Assembly (NCBI GenBank): GCA_015680685.1
Contig: MNCI01002357.1
Location: 62,001 to 126,000, forward strand
Reading direction: 5' to 3'
From: Gnetum montanum
Taxonomy: Eukaryota; Plantae; Gnetophyta
DNA: 64,000 nucleotides
Made by a program: the position numbers and the translations under genes. Positions 13,150 through 24,886 of this stretch are shown here, one piece after another (the stretch's first letter is position 1; every line of letters begins with the position of its first letter). The notes below the pieces were generated by a model. It was not told where the DNA came from. It worked only from the letters and a program-made list of their open reading frames with translations, and ran no database searches.

Positions 13150-15487
13150 TCATTTCTAGGTTGTTTGGACTAAAAAAGCAAGGCTTTTGATGCTTTCACA
13201 CTAGATCCATGTTGGCGCTACATTGGTCAACGTGGAAGGGGTGATCCCTAATGTGGAAGAAACATATAGACATTTTTCCATGCTTGTTTTGGACAATTTT
13301 TGACTTATGATGACTTGCATGTTTGCATAGTTGATTGGGGAAAGAAATAGGCTGCTTTTGACATCAATTTCAACCCCCCAAACCTCTCTTTTAAGCCTAA
13401 AAATATCTTCCACATTGGATCCATGCTAGCTAGCATGGAGCCAATGTGGAGACCAAGGGAAATGTGTTGCATAGCATCAAGAAGATCAAAACTAGGGTTC
13501 TATGGCCTTCCCAAGGTAGCATAGAGTCATATATATCAAAATTGATAATTTTGGAGGTCCAAAAGGCCAAAAAGTAGGTCTTTAAGCTTTACTCCTCTAT
13601 CCCCACGTTGGCCAACATGGATGGGAGGGGGCTTAGCATAGAGGATCCAAATCTAGATCTAAACAAGGTCAAATGGGATTGCATGGACATTTGGAATTGT
13701 GATTTGGTAGTTGTGCATCTCCTAGCAAGGTTTTAAGGCCATTCTAAGTGGGTTTTAAGGGTTATATTTGATCTATGATAATCTTCATGTAGGATCCATG
13801 CTAGACAATTTGGAGCAAAGTGGGTGCGCTTACTTTTGGGTCTTAGGGTCGTCTAGGAAGCAATTCAACTAGGTTTCCAGGCTCCTAGGCCTATGAACCA
13901 TAATTTCTCAAGCTTTTGGCTGATTTTTCCTATGTTTAGGGGCTATTAAAGGTCATGCAAGGTTATCCCCCATTTGATCCATGCTATGAGAATTGCTCTA
14001 GCATGGAGGATGGGAATTGATGCGATTTAAGAGCTAAAACAGGCTCCAACAAGTATAAACAGGAGGTTATGAGGTCTTGGGCTTTTCTAGTGTAGGTTTT
14101 TGGTCTCTTGGAGTGTCAATATACTGTCAAATAGAAAAAGGAAACTCCATGTTGGATCCAAGCTAGATAGCATGGAAGAGACAATTCCCAGTGTGGATAG
14201 ATCATAGGTTTCATATCTAGGGTAATTTTGGTAGTAATCAATCATGCATGTCAGCTCCTAGGGTTGCCAATGTCAAGATCTAGGGTTTATGATCAAAATT
14301 AGGTAGTTTCTAAGGTTTCTATGTGGTTTTGTGAGCTATTCCCTTGGTTCCATGCTAACTCCATGTTGGCTAGCATGGATATAGCATGGAGGATCAAAAG
14401 GAATGCTTTTGGTCAATTTTGCTAATGCCTGCACCTTTTTGGGATTGCTAGTGTTGATGGTTGAGGCTTAGGGGTCAAAATGTGGTAATATTAATGGTTT
14501 TTTTGGTTACCCCACATGTTCCACACTGGCTCCATGCTATCCAATGTGGAACTAGCATGGAGGACATTAGGGTGATAGATTGTTTAAGTTTTTGGTCATT
14601 TTTAGGCAATCTAGTGGCTTCTAGAAGTGTTGACATGGTTGTAGGGTAGGTATAAGGTAATTTGGCATTATTTTGAAGCATTTGTAACTCCCCCATTAGC
14701 CTTCCTAGATACATCCATGCTGGCCAATGTGGAAGAAAGGGGTGCTTAGTGTGGAAGCTAGAAAAATCATGAAATAGAATGATTTTTATCAAGTTTTATC
14801 TATCAAAGCCTCTGAGAGGGTTGGATAGTCAACAAAACTTGATTTTAGGGATAATCTTGGAATTTTTAGCTATCTTCCCCTCCATCCATGCTAGCTCTAT
14901 GCTAGTCAACATGGAAGAGGGTCTGCCTTAGTGTGGATGAACTTGGGTCCAAGTTTTAAGCCACTTTTGATAAGGTTTAAAAAGGCTTTGAAGTTGTTGG
15001 GGCTATAAGGGAGCAAGGGCTAAGATTTGGCATTGAAATCCATCAATTTTAAGGCTTCTAGGTGTCCATGCAATCATCCCCCTTTTTCTCCACATTGGGT
15101 AGGGTGGTCCCAATGTTGATGATAGGTGGTAATGGCTTTTTACCATTTTTTATTAGTTTCAAGGCACCTGAAGGCTTTGATAGGCTCTGCCAAGGTTTAG
15201 AAGCCACTAGGGAAGGTTATTAGGCTATTTTTGGTCATAAAATTGATTTTATTGCATATTGCCTAGGCTTCCACATTGGCTCCACACTGGGCAATGTGGA
15301 GGAGGGGTTCACCAACATGGAGAAGGTTTCAAGGATGAAAATCAAGTCAAGTTCTAGAAACTATCGACTATTGAACATCACAGAGGATTACCAAGGCTAT
15401 CAAAGTGAACTATATGGAAATTTGAGGCTTGGAGAAGGTTTCATGTCATACATCCTTGGCTTTCACACTAGCTCCACGTAGGGTAGT
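13150..15487. repeat. Degenerate array with inverted CCACGCT/AGCGTGG-derived motifs (element A; resumes at 37909-~38500)
   Basis: Dozens of ccatgct/ccacact/ccacatt motifs paired with agcatgg/agtgtgg/aatgtgg at irregular ~100-200 bp spacing. Confidence 0.75.
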
Positions 15488-16968
15488 TATTGTGACTGAA
15501 AATCTTGATCATTGAAGGAAAACCAGAGATCCTCAATGTAGCAACTCCTCAACCTCAAATCCCTAGGGCCTCCATAAGAAAAATGGCATTCAAGGCATCT
15601 TGGCTGATTTGACAGATCAACCATGGGCTTACAAAATGCAAAATGTAGAAATACAAATAGATCCAAAAATGCACAAAAGATAAATTTACTTGAACGTAAA
15701 ACTCAAAACTTAAAAAATTTATTGAGAAAGAATAAATGATACCTAGATGAGCTAAAAGGGAGTTCACTTATGCAAGAGTTTGAAGCCCATTAAAGCCAAT
15801 TTGATATACTCCATGATCTTAGTGCTAAGCCACTCTTGATGCAATTGAACCTTCTCCTTCATTACAACCTTAGATTTGCAAGCTGGCTCACTACTAGGAG
15901 GTGAGAACAGTGGAAACATGGGATTTCACCATGTTGGAATTTGAGAATCCTTGAAGTGTGGTGTTGACACCAAAAATTCACAAATCTCAAGGTGATTATG
16001 CTTCCACTATGGTGTTCAAGAGGATGCAAACATGGGAGATTGTAAGAACCCTTGACTGCTTGAAAATGCCCCAAGTGTGAAATTACTACTTGGAAAATTG
16101 TGTGTATACTCAATGTATTCAAGTTCCAAAAGGTCCAACCATGAGAAAAAATTATTTAACCTTGAAAAAATTGTGTAACCTATAAATGGTGTTTGGGGTT
16201 GGCTTTTATAGGTTCTTTGGGCCATGAATGGGGCTGAAAATGGCTATGATTTAGCTGCAAATTGGCTATCATATTCAAGTGAGATGGGTGCAAAAATTTT
16301 GGGGGTTACTATAAATAGTAAGTGCTTACTCCCATGGTCATTCCATTTACTATAAATAGTAATTAAGTTATACCTTCCATGCTAGAGACGAATCTTCCAT
16401 GTTGATCTTTCCACCATGCTTGTTGAAGTGGCTAGTCAATGTTGAAGTGCATGAAGTGATGAATTTTGGCTTTTGTGGCTTCCATGCTGGAGGATGAAAT
16501 TTTCAATGTTTGAGGTGAAGACTCCATGCTGAGGGAGGAAGGTTTCTAGGCTATGCATGTAGTCTCCATACTAAATGGGGGAAGTTTCCATAACTCTCAT
16601 CCTTCCACACTGGGAGTGGGTAAGACTTACCTCCTACATGTGTTTCCAATGTAGAAACGTATATACCCCCCATAAAATCCATCAAATTATTATTATTATT
16701 ATTTTCATTCCAAAAGGCATTTTTGAGCCCACAACCCACCCCCACCAACAAGCCCAAATATAGATAGTAGATGACTTTTTTCACTTGAGGAATGAAGCTT
16801 GGACCATTGATAAGGCATTTATCAATACCAAAAGTATAAAGTATGTGAAATTTCCCATTGTGGATTATAATCTTCACATTTACATTGAAGTTTTTTACCT
16901 CAAGTTTCATGGGGTGAAAGCTACATGATGAGGATTGGCTATAACATGTAACTTTTTGTGGTGTTTCA
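15488..16968 (-). repeat. 3' LTR of element B
   Basis: Direct repeat of 36601-37903; PPT at 16969-16982. Confidence 0.9.
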
Positions 16969-17218
16969 ATGGTCCCTCTTCATTGGTGCTTAGCGGATTG
17001 ACCCAAGAGGCATTGACAAAGAATAAAAAACACCATTGCATATTATAATGCTACAATGCATAAAAGCCACATGAGAATTAGGCTATCTAGGTTATCCAAG
17101 TTTCTAGTTTAAGGTTGTGGTGGACCATGATACTAGTTTAAGGCCCTACCAAGTAGTGTTGCTAGTTTAAGATTGTAGCAGACCATTGAAAGTAGGCTTG
17201 CTCGTCGATGATCATTAG

Positions 17219-20200
17219 CTACATGTAGTTTGGTTTTAGATATGAACGATTAACCACATTATCAAGCTCATTCCCATCCATATTGGCTATTCTAAATGCT
17301 CCATTCCCATAGGCTCTAGTGATAAAGAAAAACCTTTTCAAGTTGGCTAAGAACTTGTCTTCATGCTTGCAGATGGCTTTGAGGACCAAGTTACCTTTCT
17401 TAATCTTGTGCATGGTCAAGTCATGGTGATGTTTCCTCTTCTACCTCTCTTAATAGTGCTCAATGTGAGCAAGCTCTTGCATATGTTGCTCTACTGAATT
17501 TAGGATTGTGATCTACAACTCCTTTTTCTACTCATCATTGATGAAATTGGTCAAGACAACTCGACGTGATGGCACCTACAATTCAAGAGGAAAATTAGCT
17601 TTAGAACAATAAAATAGGCTATAATGGATCATACCAGTTACCATTTAGTAGGTTGTTCTGTATGCCCATAGTGCATGGACAAGCCACTCATGCCACTTGT
17701 GTTTATTGTTGTTGGGAATCTTTTTGAGTAAGTTGATGATGGCCTTGTTGCTTGCTTCTGCTTTTCCATTGGCTTGATGGTAGTAGGGTGATGACAAAGA
17801 ATGCTTGATACCTAGGTTGTGACAAAAATATTTTTTTTCATGGCTACTAAATTAGAATCCATTATCCATAATTATGGTTATGGGTATGCCATAATGGACC
17901 ACAATGTTATCTAGGATGAATTTTCAAACTTGTTTAGATGTACTCTTTCTTAGGGGAATAGCCTCAACCCACTTTGTAAAGTATTTAGTTGTTGTGATGA
18001 TGAAGCTATGTCCTATGGAAGACTTAGTTGTTATTGGTCTAATGATATCCAACCCCCATCATTGAAATGACCATGTTATTTGAGTGATATGTAACTTAGT
18101 TAGTGATATGTGTATAACATTGCTATATCATTGGCATGTGTCACAATGCTTAACCTTTTGTAGGTAGTCATTTTCGATATGGGGCTAATAGCAACCTAAC
18201 TATCTAATCTTAGTAACCATAGCTCTAAGTCCTATATGTCTTCCAAAAATACCTTTGTGAACTTCCTCTAGGACTATTATGACTTCAGTTTTACCTAAGA
18301 ACTTTTGGAGTATGCCATCATAGGATCATTGACATAATGTGTTATCACCTACAATGACATACTACTTCAATCACTTGCATATAGAATCCTTTTGAGTAGT
18401 AGTCAAGTCTTGTGAGGATTCACCATGCATAAGGTAAAATTTGATATTGTCATATCACTTCTTAAGAGGAGTAGTATGAATGATGTCTACAAAGATATCC
18501 TTAGCATTTTTCATGATGAAAATAGCATAGTACATGGTTAAGGTGGGCAACTTGCTAAATACATCTAGCATCACACTAAGGGCTAATGTTGCAATTTGAT
18601 TGGCTATGACACTTTCATTTTTGGGTATGTGTTCAATGTCAATGTTTGTGAATTGTTGTAATAACTACTTTCCTATCTCATAGTAAGGTTGTAAGTCTTT
18701 GGCTTTGCATGCATAGACTTTGGTTACTTAGTTAACCATGAGTTTTGAATTGCATTTGATCGCTAAGCCTCTAATTCCTAGGTCACAAACTACCATCATC
18801 CCTCTGATCAAACCCTCATACTCTACAATGTTGTTGATACATGGAAACTCAAAATGATAGGCAAAGGGTTAGATTTCACCATATGTAAATGTTATGATGG
18901 CAACAGTATTGATCCCATGAGTAGTTGAAGCTTTGTCAAAGTGCATGACTACCTCATAATCCTTAGGAACTTAGCTAACAATGTTAATGTGTTCATCAGG
19001 GAACTTAAGATCTATTGCTACTTGGTCATCAACAAGTAAAATTGTGAGTTGTATGACTATAACTTGACCTTTCATTGAGGACTGAGAGATGTAATGAAGG
19101 TCAAATTCTATGGTTATGAATTTCCATTAGGCTATATAGATACTTTCATAGATGTTGGTCATTATGGCTTTAAGTATGTTATCTTTACAAATTACATTAA
19201 CTTGGCTTCTAAAGAAGTAGTGTCTCCACTTCTTTAAAGAGAAGACTAGTGCTAGACAATACTTCTCCACCTTAGTGTATCAGGTCTCATGGGATAGTAA
19301 CACATGGCTAAGGTATTATATAGGCATTTCTACTACATCATCATGTTTTTTATAAAGTAAAGAGGCAATAGATGTATCAAATATGGTAACATAAATATAA
19401 AATGGTTTACCCTCTTGCATCGAGTAGAATATTAGTAATTGTGTCAATTCTTGCTTAAGGTTTTCAAAGGCCTCTTGGCATTGAGACATCCACTCATAGT
19501 GAACTTCTTTCTTAAGAAAGTGTTACACAGGTTGTAACTTATCCATAATCCTAGTGATAAACCCATGAATAAACTATAATCTACCTTATAATCCTCAAAG
19601 TTCTTTAAGGTTGGTTGGCATTGCTAATTTGGATATGTCCTTAACCTTATCAGGATCAATGTGTATCCCTACTTTGAAGACTACAAAGCGAAGTATCTTA
19701 TTGGTCTTGACATTGAAGACACACTTCTTAATATTGAGACTAAGCTCATATTTGAGGCATCATTTAAGCACAAGATCTAGGTCATTAGCATGGTCATTGG
19801 CCATCTTGGACTTAATGACTATGTCATCTACATAATCATTAATCGAACCTAGCATGTAATCACTAAATATGTAGGTCATTGCTCATTGATATGTCACTCC
19901 AACATTCTTAAGGCCAAAGGGCATCATAGTATAACAAAAAGTACCCCATGATGTCATGAAGGTCATGCTAAGTTGGTGCTCTAGGTTAATCCGAATTTGG
20001 TTATATCTCAAGAATCCATCCATAAAGGACAACAAGGCATGTTCGTTTGTAGTATGAATAAGTTTATCAATACTAGGAAAAGGGAAGTCATCCTTGATAG
20101 TCACTTTATTTACGTCTTGAAAATCAATGCAAATATGGATACTCCCATTTTTCTTAGGAACTACCACTATGTTGGATACCCATTCTACATAACCAATAGC

Positions 20201-20707
20201 CCTAATCAAATGTGCTTGGTAGAGCTTTGAGATTTCATCATGAATTGCCAAGGCCAAATTAGGTCTAATTTTGCTCACTTTTTGCTTAACTAGTCTAATG
20301 CTAAGGTCTAGTATGATGGTGTGCTAGACTAGACATGGATCTAGGCTTGGCATGTCTTTAGATGACTAGGCAAAGGCTTTAATGTTTCTTTGTAAGATCT
20401 TGGTGATGTCTTGAGCATATTGAGGCTCCAGTGAGGAACTTAGTTTAAGGGTTTTCTCCTTACCACTGTGTGTTATGATAAGAACCTCAACTAGAGAGTA
20501 TTCAATTATGTCTCTTACTTCTAAGTCAAGGGTTTTTACTAGGTTTTCTGGCCATTCTAAAGGTTTTTCTATTAAGGCTATGTGATCTACAAGACTCTCA
20601 AGCTTAAGATCTAGGCAATTAGGGTTGATACACTGTTCAACATTACCATGAGTTTCATGTAGACACAAAGGAAAATTGATTTGCTTCTAGGTACTCATAC
20701 TTTAATC
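17219..20707 (-). pseudogene. pol: pol of element B: RT, RNase H, archaeal-type RNase H (~18950-18600), integrase
   Basis: ORF 19883-20278 (WVSNIVVVPKKNGSIHICIDFQDVNK...FMDGFLRYNQI...MPFGLKNVGVTYQ); YVDDI near 19830; NNIVEYEGLI; integrase C-terminal ORF 17219-17419. Confidence 0.93.
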
Positions 20708-21299
20708 CTACATGTCAACCAAAAGCAAATTAAGTGGAAATCAAGGCCATCCAAGGTCATCAATGAGGTAAGGACAACTCAAAAAAGTGCAATAGAGGTG
20801 AACAAACATCAAACAAAGGTCAAGCAAGGGGAAACATAAGAAATGAGGCTATAAATGATCAATAAAGGCCATGATTTTGCTAGTTTTAGGCCTTAGCAGG
20901 CCATAGCACTAGTTTAGAGTCTTACTGGACTATGATGCTAGTTTAAGGCCTTAACGAGCCATGGTCACATGGTGTTAAACAATAGTTAGAGAAAGTCAAA
21001 CCTCACTATTTAATATCATTTAAAGGTCAAACAAAGATAAATAAAGCTATAACAAGGCACAAGAGTCTATATAAAGGCCATAGAAGGTCAACAAGGTCAA
21101 CAAGATAACACAAGTCCAAAAATAAGAAAAACATTATCTATTATGGTAAAAATCAAACAAAATAGGTTATATATTGTAAAATTTTACCAATATAGGTTTA
21201 AAATGCTTAGGTTTTGTAGATTTTAGGCCTTAGTAGACCATGTTCTAATGCTACAAGGCTATTAGATAAGTTCAGGAATCAATCAAGGTTGTTTTAAGG

Positions 21300-24200
21300 T
21301 TTTTTGGAAACAAAAATCAAGTGTTTTGAGGCTTCCACATTGGGCTCAATGTGGAAATAGGAACCCTCAGCATGGAAACTAAGGAAAATAGGTTTTGGGA
21401 TGCTTAGAGTTTCAAAATTAAGGTTCCAAGACCTTCCTAAGGTAACAAAAGGTCAACTCTATCAACATTGGAGACTCCAAAGGTCTATAAAGGTCCAAAA
21501 GTAGGTTCTAAAACCTTCCCCATCCCTCCCCCCCANNNNNNNNNNNNNNNNNNNNNNNNNNNNNNNNNNNNNNNNNNNNNNNNNNNNNNNNNNNNNNNNG
21601 GGGACTTAGTGGGGAAAACAAAAATTCAAGTCAATATAGGTTCAAACATGATAATAAAAAAAAGCAACCAAGACCTAAATTTGGAGGTTGTGCATTCTCT
21701 AGCTTCATTTTGAGGCAATTTGAGTTGATTTTCAATGTCAAAACATGTCAAAATGGATACCCCCACTTTTTCCACACTGAGCATAGTATCCTCAACATGG
21801 AAAAATAGGGGCACTTGTTTTATGAATTCAGAGTGATTTAGGGGCACTTTGACTAGGTTTCTAGGCCCCTAGGAATGTAGACTTCAATTCTACAAGTTTC
21901 TGGCTGATTTCAGGCACGTTTGAAGGCTGTTTAAGGGTAATTAAGGTAGTTCCCATTTTTCCATGCTATGGGAGCTACTTTAGCATGGAAGAGTGGGGGG
22001 ATTGAATTTTGGAGGTTGAAATGAGATCAAGCAAGCAAAATCTTGAGGCTATGTCATCCTGGGCTTATCCGGTGTAGATCTTTAGCTTCTGGGAGTGTCA
22101 TCTTGATACTAGGAGTGGAAAAGTAGCTTTTCTGATATTTTTTCACATTGGGAAAGTTACTATAGCATGGAAGAAGTAAGAAGCCTAGATCTAAGCTAAT
22201 TTGAATCACAATCGACTATGCATGTTACCTTCTGGATTTGCTAGGGCCAAGGGCTATGGAACCATGTCAAAATTTAGTAGTTTTAAGCATCCCTAAGTGG
22301 TTTTTTGTTTTCTCCCATTTTCACCACATTGAGGATAGAGATATCAGAGTGTAAAATAAGGGAAAAACACGTTTTGGCCATCTAGGATCAATATTGTGAT
22401 GTTTAAAGGCTCTAATGACTACTACCAGCATTCTAGAGTGCATGAAAGGTCATTTAATGTCACTCTAAGGTGTTTAGGAGCTCTAAAAAAGTTTTCCCTT
22501 GATTTTTCATGCTAGGGACACCATCCTTAACATGGAGAAATGGATCCCTAGTGTGGAAGAATCATGCATCTTAGATCTAGGCCAATTTTAACCTCAATCA
22601 ACTATGCATGTTAGCCTCCAAGGCTATTGGGGTCGATGACTAGGGTTTCATCTCAAGTTTTGTAATTTTGGGTACTTATAAGAATATTTTGGGCTTTTCC
22701 CATTTTTTCCACATTGTAAATAAGATTCTCAATGTGGAAAACTATGGGGGATAATTTTTTGACCATTTGACATCAATTTCTTGAAGTTTGAAGGCTTCAA
22801 AGGATGTCAGCAAGGTCCTGTAGCACATGCAAGTTCAGTTAATGTTGTTTTGAGGTATTTATGAATATCAAATAAGTCTTCCTAGTAATTTCTACACTAT
22901 GTAGCATGGATGGGAAAATGCCCAACATGAAAACACCATAAAACTTAGATCTAGCCTAGTTTTGACTTTAATCAAGCATGCATTTATGCTTCTGAGGTTA
23001 CTAGGGTTGAAGACTAGAGTTTGGAGTCAAAACTAATTAATTTATAGGTTTTCCAAGTGGTTTCTAAGATATTCCCTATTTTACACTTTGGGAATGGTAT
23101 GCCCAGTGTGGAAAATTGGGGGAAATAGGTTTTTAACATTTTGCCTTGTTTTTGGCCATGCATGTAGGACTTCGAGGTCACTAGTGATGATTATCAATGC
23201 TTTGGTATCAAACTTTTGTTGTTTCGAAGGTTGGTGAGTGGTGTTTTATGTTCTCCCATTTTTTCCATGTTGGGAGTTCCATGCTCAATGTGGAAAATTG
23301 GGGAAAATGCATTTTTATCTATTTGTGATCACTTTCAATCATGCATACAGTCTTTTAGGGTTGCTAGTATTCGATGTTAAATTTTGGTTGTTTCAAGGGT
23401 TATTAAGTAGATTTTAGGATTTCCCCATTTTTTCCACACTAGCTCTTTTATGCCTAGCATGAAAAATTAGGGGGAATGGCATTTTATCTTTTCATGATAA
23501 ATATGGTCATTGATGAGTGTCTACATGATTATTGGTGTTGGTCATTAGTGTCTAAGGATAAAATTTAGTTATTTTGAAGGCTATGAGGGGGTTGTCAGGC
23601 TTTCCCCATTTCATCCACACTAAGGATGGAAGGCTAAACATGGAAGAGATCTTCCTTAGTCAAGAAAGTCAAATCTAGACTAGATCAATAACTGACCGAC
23701 CATGCATGTCAACCTCAGGGATTACCAACATCGATAATTAATCTTGGGTGTTAAGATCTGATAGTTTGAAGGCTAAGTGTCTCATGTAGTCTCCCCCCTT
23801 TCTTGCACATTGAGCATGGGTGTCCTTAGTGTGTATGAGAGGGGGATGATAGTTTTGTGCCATACATAACCACTTTTGAGGCTTTCAAAAGCTCTAGAGG
23901 ATTCTGATAGGGTCTAGGGGTCACTGGGCATCAAGAAATGGTTATTAGGTAATTGATTTAGATCATTTTTTTCTTTTACCCATCTATTCATGCTGAGGGT
24001 GAGAGGCTCAATAGGAAAGAAGCCTCCTTGAGCATGAAAAACACCAAATCCCATATTTCGACCAGTTTTGACTAGGTTTGGTGGGGTTTAGAGGTTGCTA
24101 GAGATGCTTAGAGGGGTTTTAAATCACATGGGAGTCATTTTGGGGTGAAACTTGGGCTAGGTGGGTGCTAGGGGGTAAGAGTGGATGTTACCCCCCTTCT

Positions 24201-24420
24201 TCCACAATGAGCACTGCTTCCTCTACATGGAAGCCCATGGTGTCTAGCTTTATTCATGTCTCATCCACTTTTGAAAACCCAAGGTTGAAAAAGGTGGGTT
24301 TGGGTTACCAAAAGTAGTAAAATATTTTTATTTTGACATCTTTATGAAATAGGAGTCATGTTTACATGTACAACATGGTATCCTTAGCATGGATTCATGG
24401 GGGTTAAGGTTTCCATAAGG
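21300..24420. repeat. Degenerate array with inverted CCACGCT/AGCGTGG-derived motifs (element B), upstream of the antisense gene
   Basis: Recurring cccatttttccacact...agtgtggaaaattggggg units, about 120 bp apart at 23070-23650. Confidence 0.8.
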
Positions 24421-24886
24421 TTTTAAGTGTTAAATTAGAAAAAAGCTCAACATTGATGCAATTTTTAGTAAAGAGAGAAGCTGCAAGGTGGGGCCCACAA
24501 TTTAAAAAATTTAAAATTTTGAACAATGAAGTTGTTTCTCACCTAAAATCAATGTGAACTAGACTTTCCCCTTCTACACTTTAGTGCACATGGAGGTATG
24601 GTGCACTAAATTAGCACTAGTTTCAAGGTGTATGTTTAGGTTTTAGATGTGATTTTATTGTGAAATCTCATAATTTTTCATGACAATTGTCATTTTGCAC
24701 CAATAGAACATTGGAGGAGAGCTCTAGCATAGATTCTTATGGTAGAGAACATCAATCTTCAGTGTGGAAGTGTCTTATTTCCCTTGCAACAAATGTAGAA
24801 CACCTATTTTTCCACGAATTTCAACAATTCTTAGTGTTGTGCCTTCCCTAGCTCTAAAACAATGTGGAGGAAAGAGTAGCAACCTT

